A DNA stretch of 64,000 nt from Felis catus. Lineage: Eukaryota. The notes under the pieces are model-generated. The model was not told where the DNA came from. It saw only the letters and a program-made list of their open reading frames with translations, and made no database searches. The stretch covers positions 205,842,001 through 205,906,000 of the forward strand of contig NC_058368.1 of NCBI RefSeq assembly GCF_018350175.1, written 5' to 3'. This document shows, piece after piece, positions 1 to 11,394 of the stretch (position 1 is the first letter of the stretch; every line of letters starts with the position of its first letter). The translations under genes were made by a program, and so were the position numbers.

Positions 1-382
1 ATTTTGATCTCCTAAAATATTGTCCTGAAATGTCAACAAATAATTTAATCTAGAGACTAATGTCCTTTTATACGATTTTCAAAACTGGTGACTTTTTCTA
101 GGCTTTTTTTTTTTCTAATTTGCCAGATAGCCACATGACAGAATAATGAAACCAATGTCATATTGAAAGCAAAGAACCACTCATTTCTGGAAAAAGAAAT
201 CTAGTCATATTTAAATTCCCTTTCTGCTTGCTTCCAAATATGTCTATCACAATATTACAGAAGTAGCCAATTATTTTCATCTCCCTTCTTTTCACATGCT
301 TGGAAATTAACTTTAAAATTTTTTCAAATTTTATACATTAACCCTTATTTTGAGAGTTTAGCTTTTCATTTATACCTATTTT

Positions 383-626
383 TTTTCAGTGTTTTTTTTT
401 TTTTTTTTTTTTTTTGGGACAGAGAGAGACAGAGCATGAACGGGGGAGGGGCAGAGAGAGAGGGATTTTTTTGGGGGGACAGAGAGAGACAGAGCATGAA
501 TCGGAAACAGGCTCCAGGCTCCGAGCCATCAGCCCAGAGCCTGAGGCGGGGCTCGAACTCACGGACCGCGAGATCGTGACCTGGCTGAAGTCAGACGCTT
601 AACCGACTGCGCCACCCAGGCGCCCC
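383..626 (-). mobile_element. Young felid CAN-SINE (SINEC_Fc type) with an internal duplication
   Basis: Reverse strand starts GGGGCGCCTGGGTGGCGCAGTCGGTTAAGCG; perfect 16-bp TSD catttatacctatttt at 367-382 and 627-642. Confidence 0.95.
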
Positions 627-1525
627 CATTTATACCTATTTTAATCCTAGATCATTTGATTATAGCTCTTCTTCAACTCACCTTTTTATTTCTCCCTTTA
701 ATCATGTTCTGTCTGTATATTGAGCCACAGCACAGGTTGTTTAGCCTTTTCATTTATATAGCAATTGGCTGAACAGCAACTAATAAGTTGATATGCGGCA
801 ATTTCAATCCCTGTTAAAATTTGCCAATACAGATCCAGACTGCCAGTTTTGCTTATTTAGAAAGTGCTAACATTTTCTTCCTATCCCATGTACTGAAGAT
901 AAATAGATCAGACAGTTCCAGATTAAATTAAACATGGCATTTCTGTATTTTGGAGTTACCTTTCATTGTTTAAAAAAAGCTAATAATTCTGAGGAGTTAG
1001 CTGTTCCAAATCTTAAAGGTTATCATTTGTAAGGCATTAAAGTATTCTTCAAAATATTTTCTCTAACAATTTACCAAGGTGTCTGAAGTTCATACTCTTG
1101 TTATTCCTCTGGGCTGTTTAATGCTCGACATAGATAGATGTACACATGGACATATAGATATAGATTGACATAGATATGGAATATAGACAAAGATAAATAT
1201 TGCATCACCGAAAACAATTGCTTCAAATAGCTTATCAGGCAAAGGCCCTGAGGTGATGGATGATAAATATAAAGGGAGTATGTGTGTGTATGTGTGTGTG
1301 TGGGTGTGTGTGTGTGTTGGGTGGGAGGAGTGTAAGAAGTAGAACAAGGTGTGTCTTTTTTATTTTCAAAAGAACTAGATCAGAAATGGGGCAACAAGGT
1401 CGAAGGAAGCCTGAGTAACAGATGGGGAATGACGCGTGTGAAAAATTCAGGACATATTAATTTCATGTTACCTGTTCAGTAGGTCATGCCCAAGAATTAC
1501 GGGAGGCTTTCAAAAATAAAATTAA

Positions 1526-1735
1526 GGGGCATCTGTGTGGCTCAGTCCATTGAAAGTCCAACTTGGGCTCAGGTCATGACCTCACGGTTGGTGAGTTTGA
1601 GCCCCGCATTGGGCTCTATGCTGTAGGCACTGAGCAGCTTTGGATCCTGTCTCCCTCTCTCCACCCTCCCCCACTCATGCACATGTGCGTGCTCTCTCTC
1701 CCTCTCAAAAATAAATAAATTAAAAAAAATTAAAA
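1526..1735 (+). mobile_element. Older CAN-SINE
   Basis: ggggcatctgtgtggctcag head, ctcaggtcatga core, CT-rich region and A-rich tail. Confidence 0.9.
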
Positions 1736-1852
1736 CGAAATAATTTTTCTTGATTAGATCCAACAATATTTTAAATGGCACTCTGTACTTACAGGCAAAT
1801 CATGCACATGTTCATTGCTACATTTCTGGAGTTTTGATATTTGTAACAGACA

Positions 1853-1971
1853 AAAATAATAATAAATAATTAAACTAAATTAGTAATAAATAGTAATTAA
1901 ATAAATAATAATAAAATAATACATTAAACAATTAGTAACAATTAAATACATAATAATTAAATGATAATTAA
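1853..1971. repeat. AT-rich low-complexity tract
   Basis: About 120 bp of almost only A/T in degenerate (TAA/TAAA)n units. Confidence 0.8.
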
Positions 1972-2780
1972 AGGTTGCCCTTGTTCTTCCTAGGAAGAAA
2001 TTCTTCCAAATTTGGAAGCTAACTCCAAAGAGAGCTTTCACTGTCGAGAGGAAATATTTGTGAAGAAAATAGTCTATTAGTTAATTTTTTAAGTGCTGTC
2101 AGTTTTGTTAACTTATAAGAAAATCTGTTTATTCAATATGAGAAAAGTACTTGGCCTCATCCAAGTTCACCGTTGCTCAAATGAAGAGTAAGGAATGATG
2201 TTAAATGTTATCAACATTGTTCTGTCCTGTTGCTTCTTTTTCCCTGACTCTAACCCTGTGACCTCTTGTGCCTTCCAGAGTGTATGAGGTAGCAATTCAT
2301 ATGTTGATCATCTGTCCGTGAAAAGGGCTTCTTTATTCGTTGACACAAGCTCTCTACCATTAAAATCAACTCCGAATGAATGGAAAGGGCAAGATCATAG
2401 ACAAAGTATTTGGAAACCAGTGAATCCCCATAAATTCCACTTTATAAGTGGTCACTTATGCCACCTATATGGAAAGTCAATCCTAATGAATACATTAAAT
2501 TCTTTGTTGACAGAAGTAGAAGGTGATCATTTGTATTTAAAATACTGATCAGAAGGAATTTTTAAGTCATTTTATAATCAGTTTGGTCTGTTGAAGTGCT
2601 GTGTGTACTGTATAGGCTATAAAAAGGGCCTGCCTAAAACATGAGACTGAACTGAGAAAATATTACTTATTATTTCCTTTGGTTCATTTGAGGGAGAGAT
2701 ATGGACATTATAAGAGGGAAAGAAGTTGGGGAGAGCAAAGGACTGAACTATAACCGCATTATGCCTTGTTATTCTTCTAG

Positions 2781-3489
2781 GATCTCATGATTCCTTCAGC
2801 TTCTACATTGATGAAGCCTCTCCAGTAGGGCCTGAACAGCCAGAAACCGTCCAGAATTTTGTCTCTGTGTTTGGAACCGTAGCCAAAAAGCTGATGCGGA
2901 AATGGTTAGCCACTCAAACAATGAACTTTACTGGTCAGCTAGGAGCTGGGATCCGTTATTTTGATCTTCGAATTTCCACCAAGCCCAGGGACCCCGACAA
3001 TGAACTCTACTTTGCTCATGGTTTGTTCAGTGCCAAAGTCAATGAAGGCCTTGAGGAGATTAATGCATTCCTCACAGATCACCATAAGGAGGTAGTATTC
3101 TTGGACTTCAACCATTTTTATGGGATGCAGAAATATCACCATGAAAAACTGGTCCAAATGCTGAAAGACATCTATGGAAACAAGATGTGCCCAGCGATTT
3201 TTGCCCAGGAAGTTAGTCTAAAGTACCTGTGGGAGAAAGACTATCAAGTGCTGGTCTTCTACCATAGTCCAGTGGCTCTGGAAGTGCCCTTTCTCTGGCC
3301 TGGGCAGATGATGCCAGCACCCTGGGCCAACACCACAGACCCGGAAAAACTGATCCAGTTTCTTCAGGCATCCATCACGGAGAGAAGAAAGAAGGGCTCG
3401 TTTTTTATATCTCAGGTGGTACTGACCCCCAAAGCTAGCACTGTGGTCAAAGGAGTGGCCAGTGGCCTCAGAGAAACGATCACAGAAAG
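2781..3489 (+). CDS. PLCXD3: PLCXD3 internal coding exon (exon 2; 709 nt; phase 1 in, phase 2 out), most of the PI-PLC X/TIM-barrel domain
   Basis: Acceptor ttattcttctag ends at 2780 and donor AG|gtaagt starts at 3490. Translates (G)SHDSFSFYIDEASPVGPEQPETVQNFVSVFGTVAKKLMRKWLATQ...GIRYFDLR...YFAHGLF...ETITE(R), matching mammalian PLCXD3 as recalled. The PI-PLC catalytic His codons are at 2786-2788 (SHD) and 3017-3019 (FAHG). Confidence 0.97.
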
Positions 3490-3581
3490 GTAAGTGTCTT
3501 AAGGTATCGAGAAAAAGTCTTAAGGAATGTAACCCAAATTCATAGAGCTAGTAACTGACAGAGCTAAAATTTATACTCAGG

Positions 3582-4018
3582 TGTATTAATATCCTAGGGC
3601 TGCCACACAACATACCACAAACTGGGTGGCTTAAAACAGAAGAAACTTATGATCTCTCAGTTGCAGAGGCTAGACATCTGACATCAAGGTTTCAGCAAGG
3701 TCAACTCCATCTGATAGCTTTGAGGGAGAATCTTTTCCATGCCTCCCCACTAAGTTCTGGTGATGGTTGACAAGCCAATGTCTTGGCTTATAGATACACC
3801 ATTCCAATCTCTGCCTCCATCTTCACATGGTGTTCTCCCCATGTATCTTTCTCTTCTCTTCTTATAAGGACACCAGTCATATTGGATTAGAGTCCACCCT
3901 AATTATATCATCTTAATTATGTCTGCAAACACCTTATTTCCAGATAAGCCTCAGTTATGAGTACAGGGGATTAAGACTTCAATGTATTTTTTTCTAGGAC
4001 ACAGATCAATGCATAGCA
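3582..4018 (-). mobile_element. MaLR solo LTR (MLT1C/MLT1B-like) inserted in a MIR
   Basis: TG...CA ends; hallmark motifs ccacaaactgggtggcttaaaac and cttataaggacaccagtcatattggattag; flanked by the two halves of a MIR core. Confidence 0.85.
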
Positions 4019-4599
4019 CCATGCATTTTGACTCCATGTCCAGTTGTATTTTCATAGCACTCCTTTTCACATTTATATAGAACTTTACAGATTACAAAGC
4101 CTTTTCTCTATTTCTTGTGGCCTTGTTTTATATACCTAATTCCATTTGATCTGCACAATAATCCTAGGAAGTAGATAAAAAGTGAGGTTTAAAGAAGTGA
4201 AATGTTTTGCATAAGGCCAATTGGACAATGAAGGAGGAAACCAAGACTCAAATTCCATGCTTCTCACACCATATTCTATTCCTTTATGCTATACCATAAG
4301 CAAGGGTCACTCTCTCCAGAGCATGGGTTTCCATTTGGCAAGCCCAGCCATACATGTTAGAGTGGTGCTTACTTGTGAAGTATAATTTAAGCAATCACCA
4401 AAGATCTCTAGCTCTTTCCCATCAGTGTGATACAATATGTGGAATTGTACATGTTGTTTATTCTTTTCAGTTAAAGTATCAAACAAAGCAAATATTGTCT
4501 GAAGAGAAACTACAATTCTTACCAGATCTTATCTTAAACTTTACTTGACATTTTGAATTATGGTAAGGAGATAGAGCATACATATTTTGCTCAAGGTCT

Positions 4600-5240
4600 T
4601 TGTAGGAAAAGACAAGGAGACGAGGAGAAAAGATTAGGAGATGAAATCGTATGGATGGCCTCATACCATAGCATGTAGAGTAGGGAATGGCAGGAGGTGA
4701 AGCTTGCAGTGGGGCAGGAACACACTTGTAAGAAAGCCTTTAGCCAGGCTAAAGAAAGAATTTCATCTTATGAACAATGGGGAGCTAGAGAATTGTATTT
4801 AGTGGCATAGTGACTTGACCGGATCTGCATTCTAGGTAGATAATTGGTGTGGCATGGAGGCAGAGGATTGGAGAGAGTGGACAGTGAAGAGGTGCTCGGA
4901 ACTATTTCAGCAAGGTAATGCAAGCTAAACTGAGGAAATGAGAAAACACAGAAGGGGATGGTATCCACAGCAAAAATTAGAATTATTTGACTATTTAGCT
5001 ATGTGGTGTGAACGAGAGAAAAGAGTTAGGGATAAAGTTTCTTCTTGAGAAGTGGAATGAGTGATGTAGACATTTACAGAATCAGGAAACAAAGACTTAG
5101 GGAGGAGTTAAGGAAGCTACAGTCAAGGTTATGATAAGTTTAAAGTATGAGTAAAGCATCCGGTGGATGTGGCCAATGGATCATTAGGAATATAAACCAA
5201 TTCAAGTGGCAAATTATTGGCATTTTTGGGCAGTGAAAGC
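4600..5240 (-). mobile_element. Degenerate L2 fragment
   Basis: Purine-rich sequence with decayed L2 antisense motifs; boundaries uncertain. Confidence 0.5.
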
Positions 5241-6764
5241 CACAAGCTATTTGAGTTGAGGCGTTCCTCCATACAGAATTGTAATTTCCTTCTGTTATTC
5301 AGATATTAGCTGAGATCTCCTATTCTTTAAAATTTTAATGTGATCCCCAGTTCTTCATTGTATACCCTATGCAAGTATAACGCCTTCCCTAGGATTTCTG
5401 CCAATGTCTAGATTTCTTACATTCCTATGGTATGAATGCTTGCTGCTTCTGGTTTATATCATTTTATGGGTTGATTGTCCCATGTGTATTTTCCATGACC
5501 CTGTAGAACCTTAAACTTGCTTCTTGCTCAATTTCTACAATGGTTTTTAGATTTTACTGAGGATTTGAGACAACAGGTTTGGTTTTATAATTATAATAAT
5601 ACAATTAATTTTAAATTGAACTTTAGACTTGTCTATAAGTACAAATATTCTGGCCCAGGATATCTTCCCCAGATGACGTCTATATCACTTTAACCCCATG
5701 CTCAAGTCTTATGGCTAAACCCTCTCCTCCACCTCCTTCTCCTTTTCTTTTTCTCATCTCTTTTCTTTCCCTAGGCACACATTGTCTAGGGAAGAGAGAT
5801 TCCACACTCTTCTCTAGATTATTATGCCAAACTATTCTCCTCATTTCTGGCCCTAAGGCCCAGCTAGTCCCATCAGACTGTGTTTGATAGCACCACCTTC
5901 TACAACAGTTCATTGTTTTGGTAAATAACTTACCACTTCTCTTACATCCTTAAAAATGAGAGAGTTCTAGTGTATACACATAAGAATGTGTTGTTCTTAA
6001 CTACACCCCACAAAGGCCCCAGATTTTGAGAAGTCCCTGAGGACCCATTAGAGGTAGGGAAGGCAGGAGGGGACTGGGAATCAACCAATTGCAACATTCT
6101 TTATTCTCACTACGTCTTTAATGAAGGAAGCTTCATCTCTAAATTTTACATATTGGGCATGAAAGGAGTCTTCCCTTTCTTTCTTTACCTTCTGTTGCCT
6201 CGTTCTATATTTAGGAAAAGACTTTCCCATCTAATATGCCTGCTTTGCATTTGGCTAAGAACCATACCCTGCTTTTACCTGTGTAAGGAATAGCCTTTGG
6301 GAAGTCAGGAAGAAAAATCTACTCAAGGTATAGATAGATGACTTTCATTTTTTTCTCTTACAGGATTTCATGCAGTTAGGTCTTTGCAAGTTATAAGTTG
6401 AACTGCTCTTTGGTTACTTATGCTATAGTACAGTATTAGTAAAGTAGGATTTGTGGAAAAAAGACCAAATAAGTTAGGAAAGTGCTGAAAATTAGATATC
6501 TGCTTAAGTCTCTCAAAAGATTCACAATCTTTATAGCATGTAAAAGTCACTAACAAGCATTTTAACGAAGAATTCTGTTTAAACTGAACTAATACAATGT
6601 TTTGCAAACACTTAATATTTTCTCAGATAGCACTTATTAACAGCCCATAAAATTAATTTTGAAAAACTGTCCTCAGTCATCTGCTCTAATTCAGAACTTT
6701 TCACTTGCCTCTGGCTTACATATCTGGAATAGTAGAGCTGTGTCACTGAAAAAGGTGGAAGAAA

Positions 6765-6931
6765 GGGGTGCCTGGGTGGCTCAGTTGGTTAAGCACCCCA
6801 GTCTTGATTTCAGCTCAGGTCAGGATCTCATGTTCGGAAGATCAAATCCCGCCTCAGGCTCTGAACAGGTGCCTGGTTGGGATTCTCTCTCTCCCACTCT
6901 CTCTCTCTGTCCCACCCACCACTTGCGCGCG

Positions 6932-6969
<38 letters not shown>

Positions 6970-7000
6970 AAATAAATTAAAAAAACTTAAAAAGAAAAAA
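6765..7000 (+). mobile_element. CAN-SINE with (GC)n(CT)n tract
   Basis: ggggtgcctgggtggctcagttggttaagc head; near-perfect TSD aaaagg(t/g)ggaagaaa at about 6750-6764 and 7002-7016. Confidence 0.93.
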
Positions 7001-8334
7001 GAAAAGGGGGAAGAAAAATTTTAAAAGTAGAAATGCAGACCCTGTAGGTAGAATCAACTTTTTTTTCCTCTCTAGGACTATGCAAATTACTTGCAAATGA
7101 TTTGCAAATATATCTGAACCTGGCCATTATGAACAGTTTGTCTCAGAAGTTCTAGAAAGACCTCCTTGTAAACAAATTGGAATGCCTGTATGCTGCGTAT
7201 GGTATTCATGTAAAGCTCTGGTTTTGTTTTTATTTGATTTGACATATTTCAGCCTTCTGTGTGAAGCTTATAGGAAAAGGTCATTGTCAGTCCTTAGATA
7301 GTTCCTTGCAAAGTTAATTTACTTACCTCTGAAAGTCATCGAAAGAATACTTGACTTCCCAAAGACATAGTGCTTCTTTTTTCTCATCAAGTGATAAAGC
7401 CCATGAAGACTTTTTGCCATTTTCCTCTTGCTATTGTGCACAAACGTACTCATTCAGAAAGTCCTACATTAACACCAAAAGATGTAGTGAGACTCTCCTT
7501 TGCCACCAAAGAAGTCACTAGGCAATTTAAAGATCTTCCTGGACCTTAGGTATTTTCACCTGCAAAGTTTGGAGTTTGAACTAGATTATTTCCAAGACAC
7601 TTTCCAGTTCTAAAATCCTACAGTTCTAAGATCCTGCATGTGACTAGTTTCTCTATAATGTTTTATGGCGTCTAATATTTGGACTAACAAATCTGTGAGC
7701 ACATGCATTTAGAAAACAGTGTTTGAAGGTGTAGGTGGCTTTTAGGACAACTCAACTCAGGTAGTGTAGCTTTCAATCGGCCACTGGTTCCAAATATTGC
7801 AGATGCATTTTCCACATTTTAGTAATGCCAAAAGACACAGATTTTTATTTCTTAAAGACCTATTTTTAATTTATTTTTCAAACACCAGCTTTTGCACCTC
7901 ACCCCCACGGAATTCACACGTTCTTAAAAAGAAGGTGTGCAACTTGAGTCAAGTCCTTCTCTAATTCATGGAAGTTTATTAAATTATAGGTTTTGTTAGT
8001 TTAAAAAAATCAGTTAGACCACCTGTTGGAATATTTAAGGAGCAATACGTCTTTGCAAGTAAATTGATGCTGAATTAATTGAGACAAGGTTTACACAGGC
8101 CAGTAATTTAGATGATGACGATGATGGTGGTGATAATGATTATGATCATCATTATCATCTATTTTAAGTGTTCCGCATCTGTTTAATACTGTGCTAACTG
8201 CCCTGCCCATTTTCCCTCATCATCACAGTCATTGTTTGGAGGATGAAGTAAAATATTCAGCATGTAATTGGTTGTTGGCTGACTGTGAATAAGCACCAAT
8301 GTCATCCAGCTGGGAAAATGAAGGCTCCTGTATT

Positions 8335-8560
8335 GGTTGAGCCCACATTATGTACCAGGCACTGTACTAAGTGGTTTGCATGAATTTATCCATGTAATCT
8401 TCCCTCCAGCCTTGCAAGGTAAGTATTATTAAATACATTAGAGTTGAAAAACTGAGGATAAGAAATGTCTAGTACCTTGCTCAAAACTCCCATATTGGTT
8501 TAGCAAAACCAGGATTATTATTTGGATTTGTTTGACTCCAAGTTCCATGCCTACTCCTGC
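8335..8560. mobile_element. MIR
   Basis: tatgtaccaggcactgtactaag...gaaaaactgagg...ccaggatt...tttgactcca core motifs. Confidence 0.7.
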
Positions 8561-8714
8561 AAACTAGGTAAAATTCACGTTTCTTAGCAGTGGGTACATA
8601 TAATATGTTATCTGTCATCTTGGAGGGCAGAGTCAGGTCTAGGGGTTTGGCAGGGAAACGTATGCCACAGTTGGGGTAGGCAAAGCCAATGAGAAGAGTA
8701 GATTTGAAATATTT

Positions 8715-8891
8715 TGGTTTCAGCTCAGGTCATGATCTCAGGGTTCGTGAGTTCGAGCCCCATGTCAGACTCTGTGCTGGCAGTGCAGGGCCTGCTTGAA
8801 ATTCTCTCCCTCTCCCTTGCTCTCTCTGGCCCTCCTCCATGCTCTCTCTCGCTCTCAAAATAAATAAATAAACTTAAAAAAAAAAAAAAAG
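8715..8891 (+). mobile_element. 5'-truncated CAN-SINE
   Basis: Starts at tttcagctcaggtcatgatctc, lacking the GGGG/A-box head; B-box gagttcgagcc and poly(A) tail present. Confidence 0.9.
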
Positions 8892-10117
8892 AAAGTGAAC
8901 CGAGGTAGAATGCTGTCATGGGGACCCTCATGGAAGCACCATTATTAAATAACAGAAAGGAAGGGAAAATTTAAAGGTGACTTGGTTTCCACCTCCTTGC
9001 CTTGTGCCTCGATTGCCCATTTGACTGTTTCCGTTGAGTAAGGAAATTGAGGCCAGAGGTATGCTAAACGATTGTCCAAAGTAACAGAAGTAACTGCCAG
9101 CAAATATGGGATTAAAATCCAGGTCTTTTGGCTTGCAGGCAGAATTTTGTCCTCTACACCTTAGGGAAGGATGAGGACAGAGGATGGACAAGAAGGCTAG
9201 GAAAAGTCAGAGACCATCAGACTGCAGGGACCAACATGGAAGGGTCAACCGGCTCTCTATCTGCATCGTGCGCAACATAACAAGGTGCCCTAGAACCTTG
9301 ACCAGAGAGGATCAGACGTCTGACCTGGGGGTGGGCCATCGATTTTGTGCAGGGCTGACCTTTCATGGGCTCTCTTTCTGCCTCGTGAACACAATAAACT
9401 CTAATATTTCCATCTTATGGGGACATACCCCAGTTCACAACCATACCTCAAACAATATTTCTGCTGCCCGATTTACCCTGTTGTTGCCTGGACCCAGCAG
9501 GTGTGGGGCTGGACTCTGGGAAGTTGTTCACCTGTGGCACCATCACCTTAGCATCTTCAGGGAGCTCACGAAGGGTGGAGACTCAGAATGGTTCAAAGGC
9601 AGCTCAGGGTGACATGAGAAAGCACCAATCTCCATGAAGAGCAGCTTTCTGGCTCTGCCCTATCCCACCCCCCACCCCGCCACCCCTGCCATGCCCCAAT
9701 AGGTCAGTGCACTGGTGGGACAGCTGAAAATGGATTAGTCTCTTCAGTAAAAGGGAAAACGGCCTCCTCAGGAGACACATGCCTAAAGAGAAAGAATGTC
9801 AAGGAGACCATGGAAGATCGGCATTAGAATAATCATTGTTCGTAAGATGCTTTCATCATAAGGTTTAATTTCTTCAACATATACTTATGGAGGCCTCATT
9901 TGTTCAACAGGTATTATTCTTGATATGCAATTTAAGAAACTGAAGGTCAGAAAAACTAAATAATTTGTTCAAGTGGGGCTTGAACCAGTGCTAGGATCAA
10001 TTCAGAATCTAGGTCTTTTGAACCATTAGAAAGAGGAGTCTGGCTTGTAAATAAGATGGAAGCTCCAGACAAATGGGGCCATGCTTAAGAAGCGTTCATG
10101 AAAATGCAAATTCCTTT

Positions 10118-10347
10118 GGGGCACCTGGGTGGCGCAGTCGGTTAAGCGTCCGACTTCAGCCAGGTCACAATCTCGCGGTCCGTGAGTTCGAGCCCCACGT
10201 CAGGCTCTGGGCTGATGGCTCGGAGCCTGGAGCCTGTTTCCGATTCTGTGTCTCCCTCTCTCTCTGCCCCTCCCCCGTTCATGCTCTGTCTCTCTCTGTC
10301 CCAAAAATAAATAAAAAAAATAAATAAAAAAAAAAGTTAAATAAAAA
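10118..10347 (+). mobile_element. Young felid CAN-SINE (SINEC_Fc type) inserted in a MER5A-like element
   Basis: Near-consensus body; perfect TSD gaaaatgcaaattcct at 10100-10115 and 10348-10363. Confidence 0.96.
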
Positions 10348-10458
10348 GAAAATGCAAATTCCTGTGTGCTTTCCCAGAGGCTCTGATTCATGAGCCTGTG
10401 GCTCAGAGTTTTCAATTTCTAACAGCCTCCAGGTGAGTCCTTCTTTGAGCAACACTGC
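10348..10458. mobile_element. MER5A-like hAT MITE remnant (interrupted by the SINE)
   Basis: aaaatgcaaattcctg...ctgattca...ttctaacagcctccaggtga...tttgagcaacactg motifs. Confidence 0.65.
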
Positions 10459-10534
10459 TCCCCTCTGTAGGCAAGCTGCACCTCAACCCCCACCCCAGCC
10501 ACAGATGAACTTGGTTTCAAGAAACCTGGAAAGA

Positions 10535-11394
10535 AGACATCCGGATGGCCAACAGGCACATGAAAACATGCTCAATGTCACTCCTCATCAGGGAAGTACA
10601 AATCAAAACCACACTCAGATACCACCTCACACCAGTCAGAATGGCTAAAATGAACAAATCAGGAGACTATAAATGCTGGAGAGGATGTGGAGAAATGGGA
10701 ACCCTCTTGCACTGTTGGTGGGAATGCAAACTGGTGCAGCTGCTCTGGAAAACAGTGTGGATGTTCCTCAAAAAATTAAAAGTAGACCTACCCTATGACC
10801 CAGCAATAGCACTGCTAGGAATTTACCCAAGGGATACAGGAGTGCTGATGCATAGGGGCACTTGTACCCCAATGTTTATAAAAGCACTTTCCACAATAAC
10901 CAAATTATGGAAAGAGCCTAAATGTCCATCAACTGATGAATGGATAAAGAAAGTGTAGTTTATATACACAATGGAATACTATGTGGCAATGAGAATGAAT
11001 GAAATCTGGCCTTCTGTAGCAGTGTAGATGGAACTGGAGAGTGTTATGCTAAGTGAAGTAAGTCATACAGAGAAAGACAAATACCATATGTTTTCACTCT
11101 TATGTGGATCCTGAGAAACTTAACAGAAGACCATGGGGGAGGGGAAGGGAAAGAAAAAGGTTAGAGAGGGAGGGAGCCAAAACATAAGAGACTCGTAAAA
11201 ACTGAGAACAATCTGAGGGTTGATGGGAGGTGGGAGGGAGGGGAGGATGGGTGATGGGTATTGAGGAGGGCACCTGTTGGGATGAGCACTGGGTGTTGTA
11301 TGGAAACCAATTTGACTATAACTTTCATACTTAAAAAAGAAAATAAATAAATAAATAAGATAAAAGTTAATTCACAAAAAAAAAAAAGAAAAAA
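10535..11394 (+). mobile_element. 5'-truncated felid L1 (about 860 bp: ORF2 C-terminus, 3' UTR, poly(A))
   Basis: ORF 10545-10958 is the L1 ORF2 C-terminus with the zinc-knuckle [18 protein letters not shown] and a premature TAG; G-rich 3' UTR; perfect TSD aagaaacctggaaaga at 10519-10534 and 11395-11410. Confidence 0.96.

Noticed and set aside
414..602. Recurring GQRETEHERGRGRERG / GAWVAQ peptides (also 10200, 23810, 29627, 57546) as a protein family
   Set aside because: They are translations of CAN-SINE copies.
2867..3493. 208-aa ORF as a stand-alone gene
   Set aside because: It starts at an internal GTG (Val) and stops in the intron; it is exon 2 of PLCXD3, whose true boundaries are 2781-3489.
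6765..6850. tRNA genes suggested by A-box/B-box motifs
   Set aside because: These are tRNA-derived CAN-SINE heads followed by CT tracts, poly(A) and TSDs.
9184..9612. 142-aa ORF (likewise the 160-aa ORF at 47306-47788)
   Set aside because: No recognisable domain or splice support; such lengths arise by chance, and the second overlaps L2 sequence.
10545..10958. 137-aa zinc-knuckle ORF as a functional gene
   Set aside because: C-terminal fragment of L1 ORF2 in a 5'-truncated copy with a premature stop.
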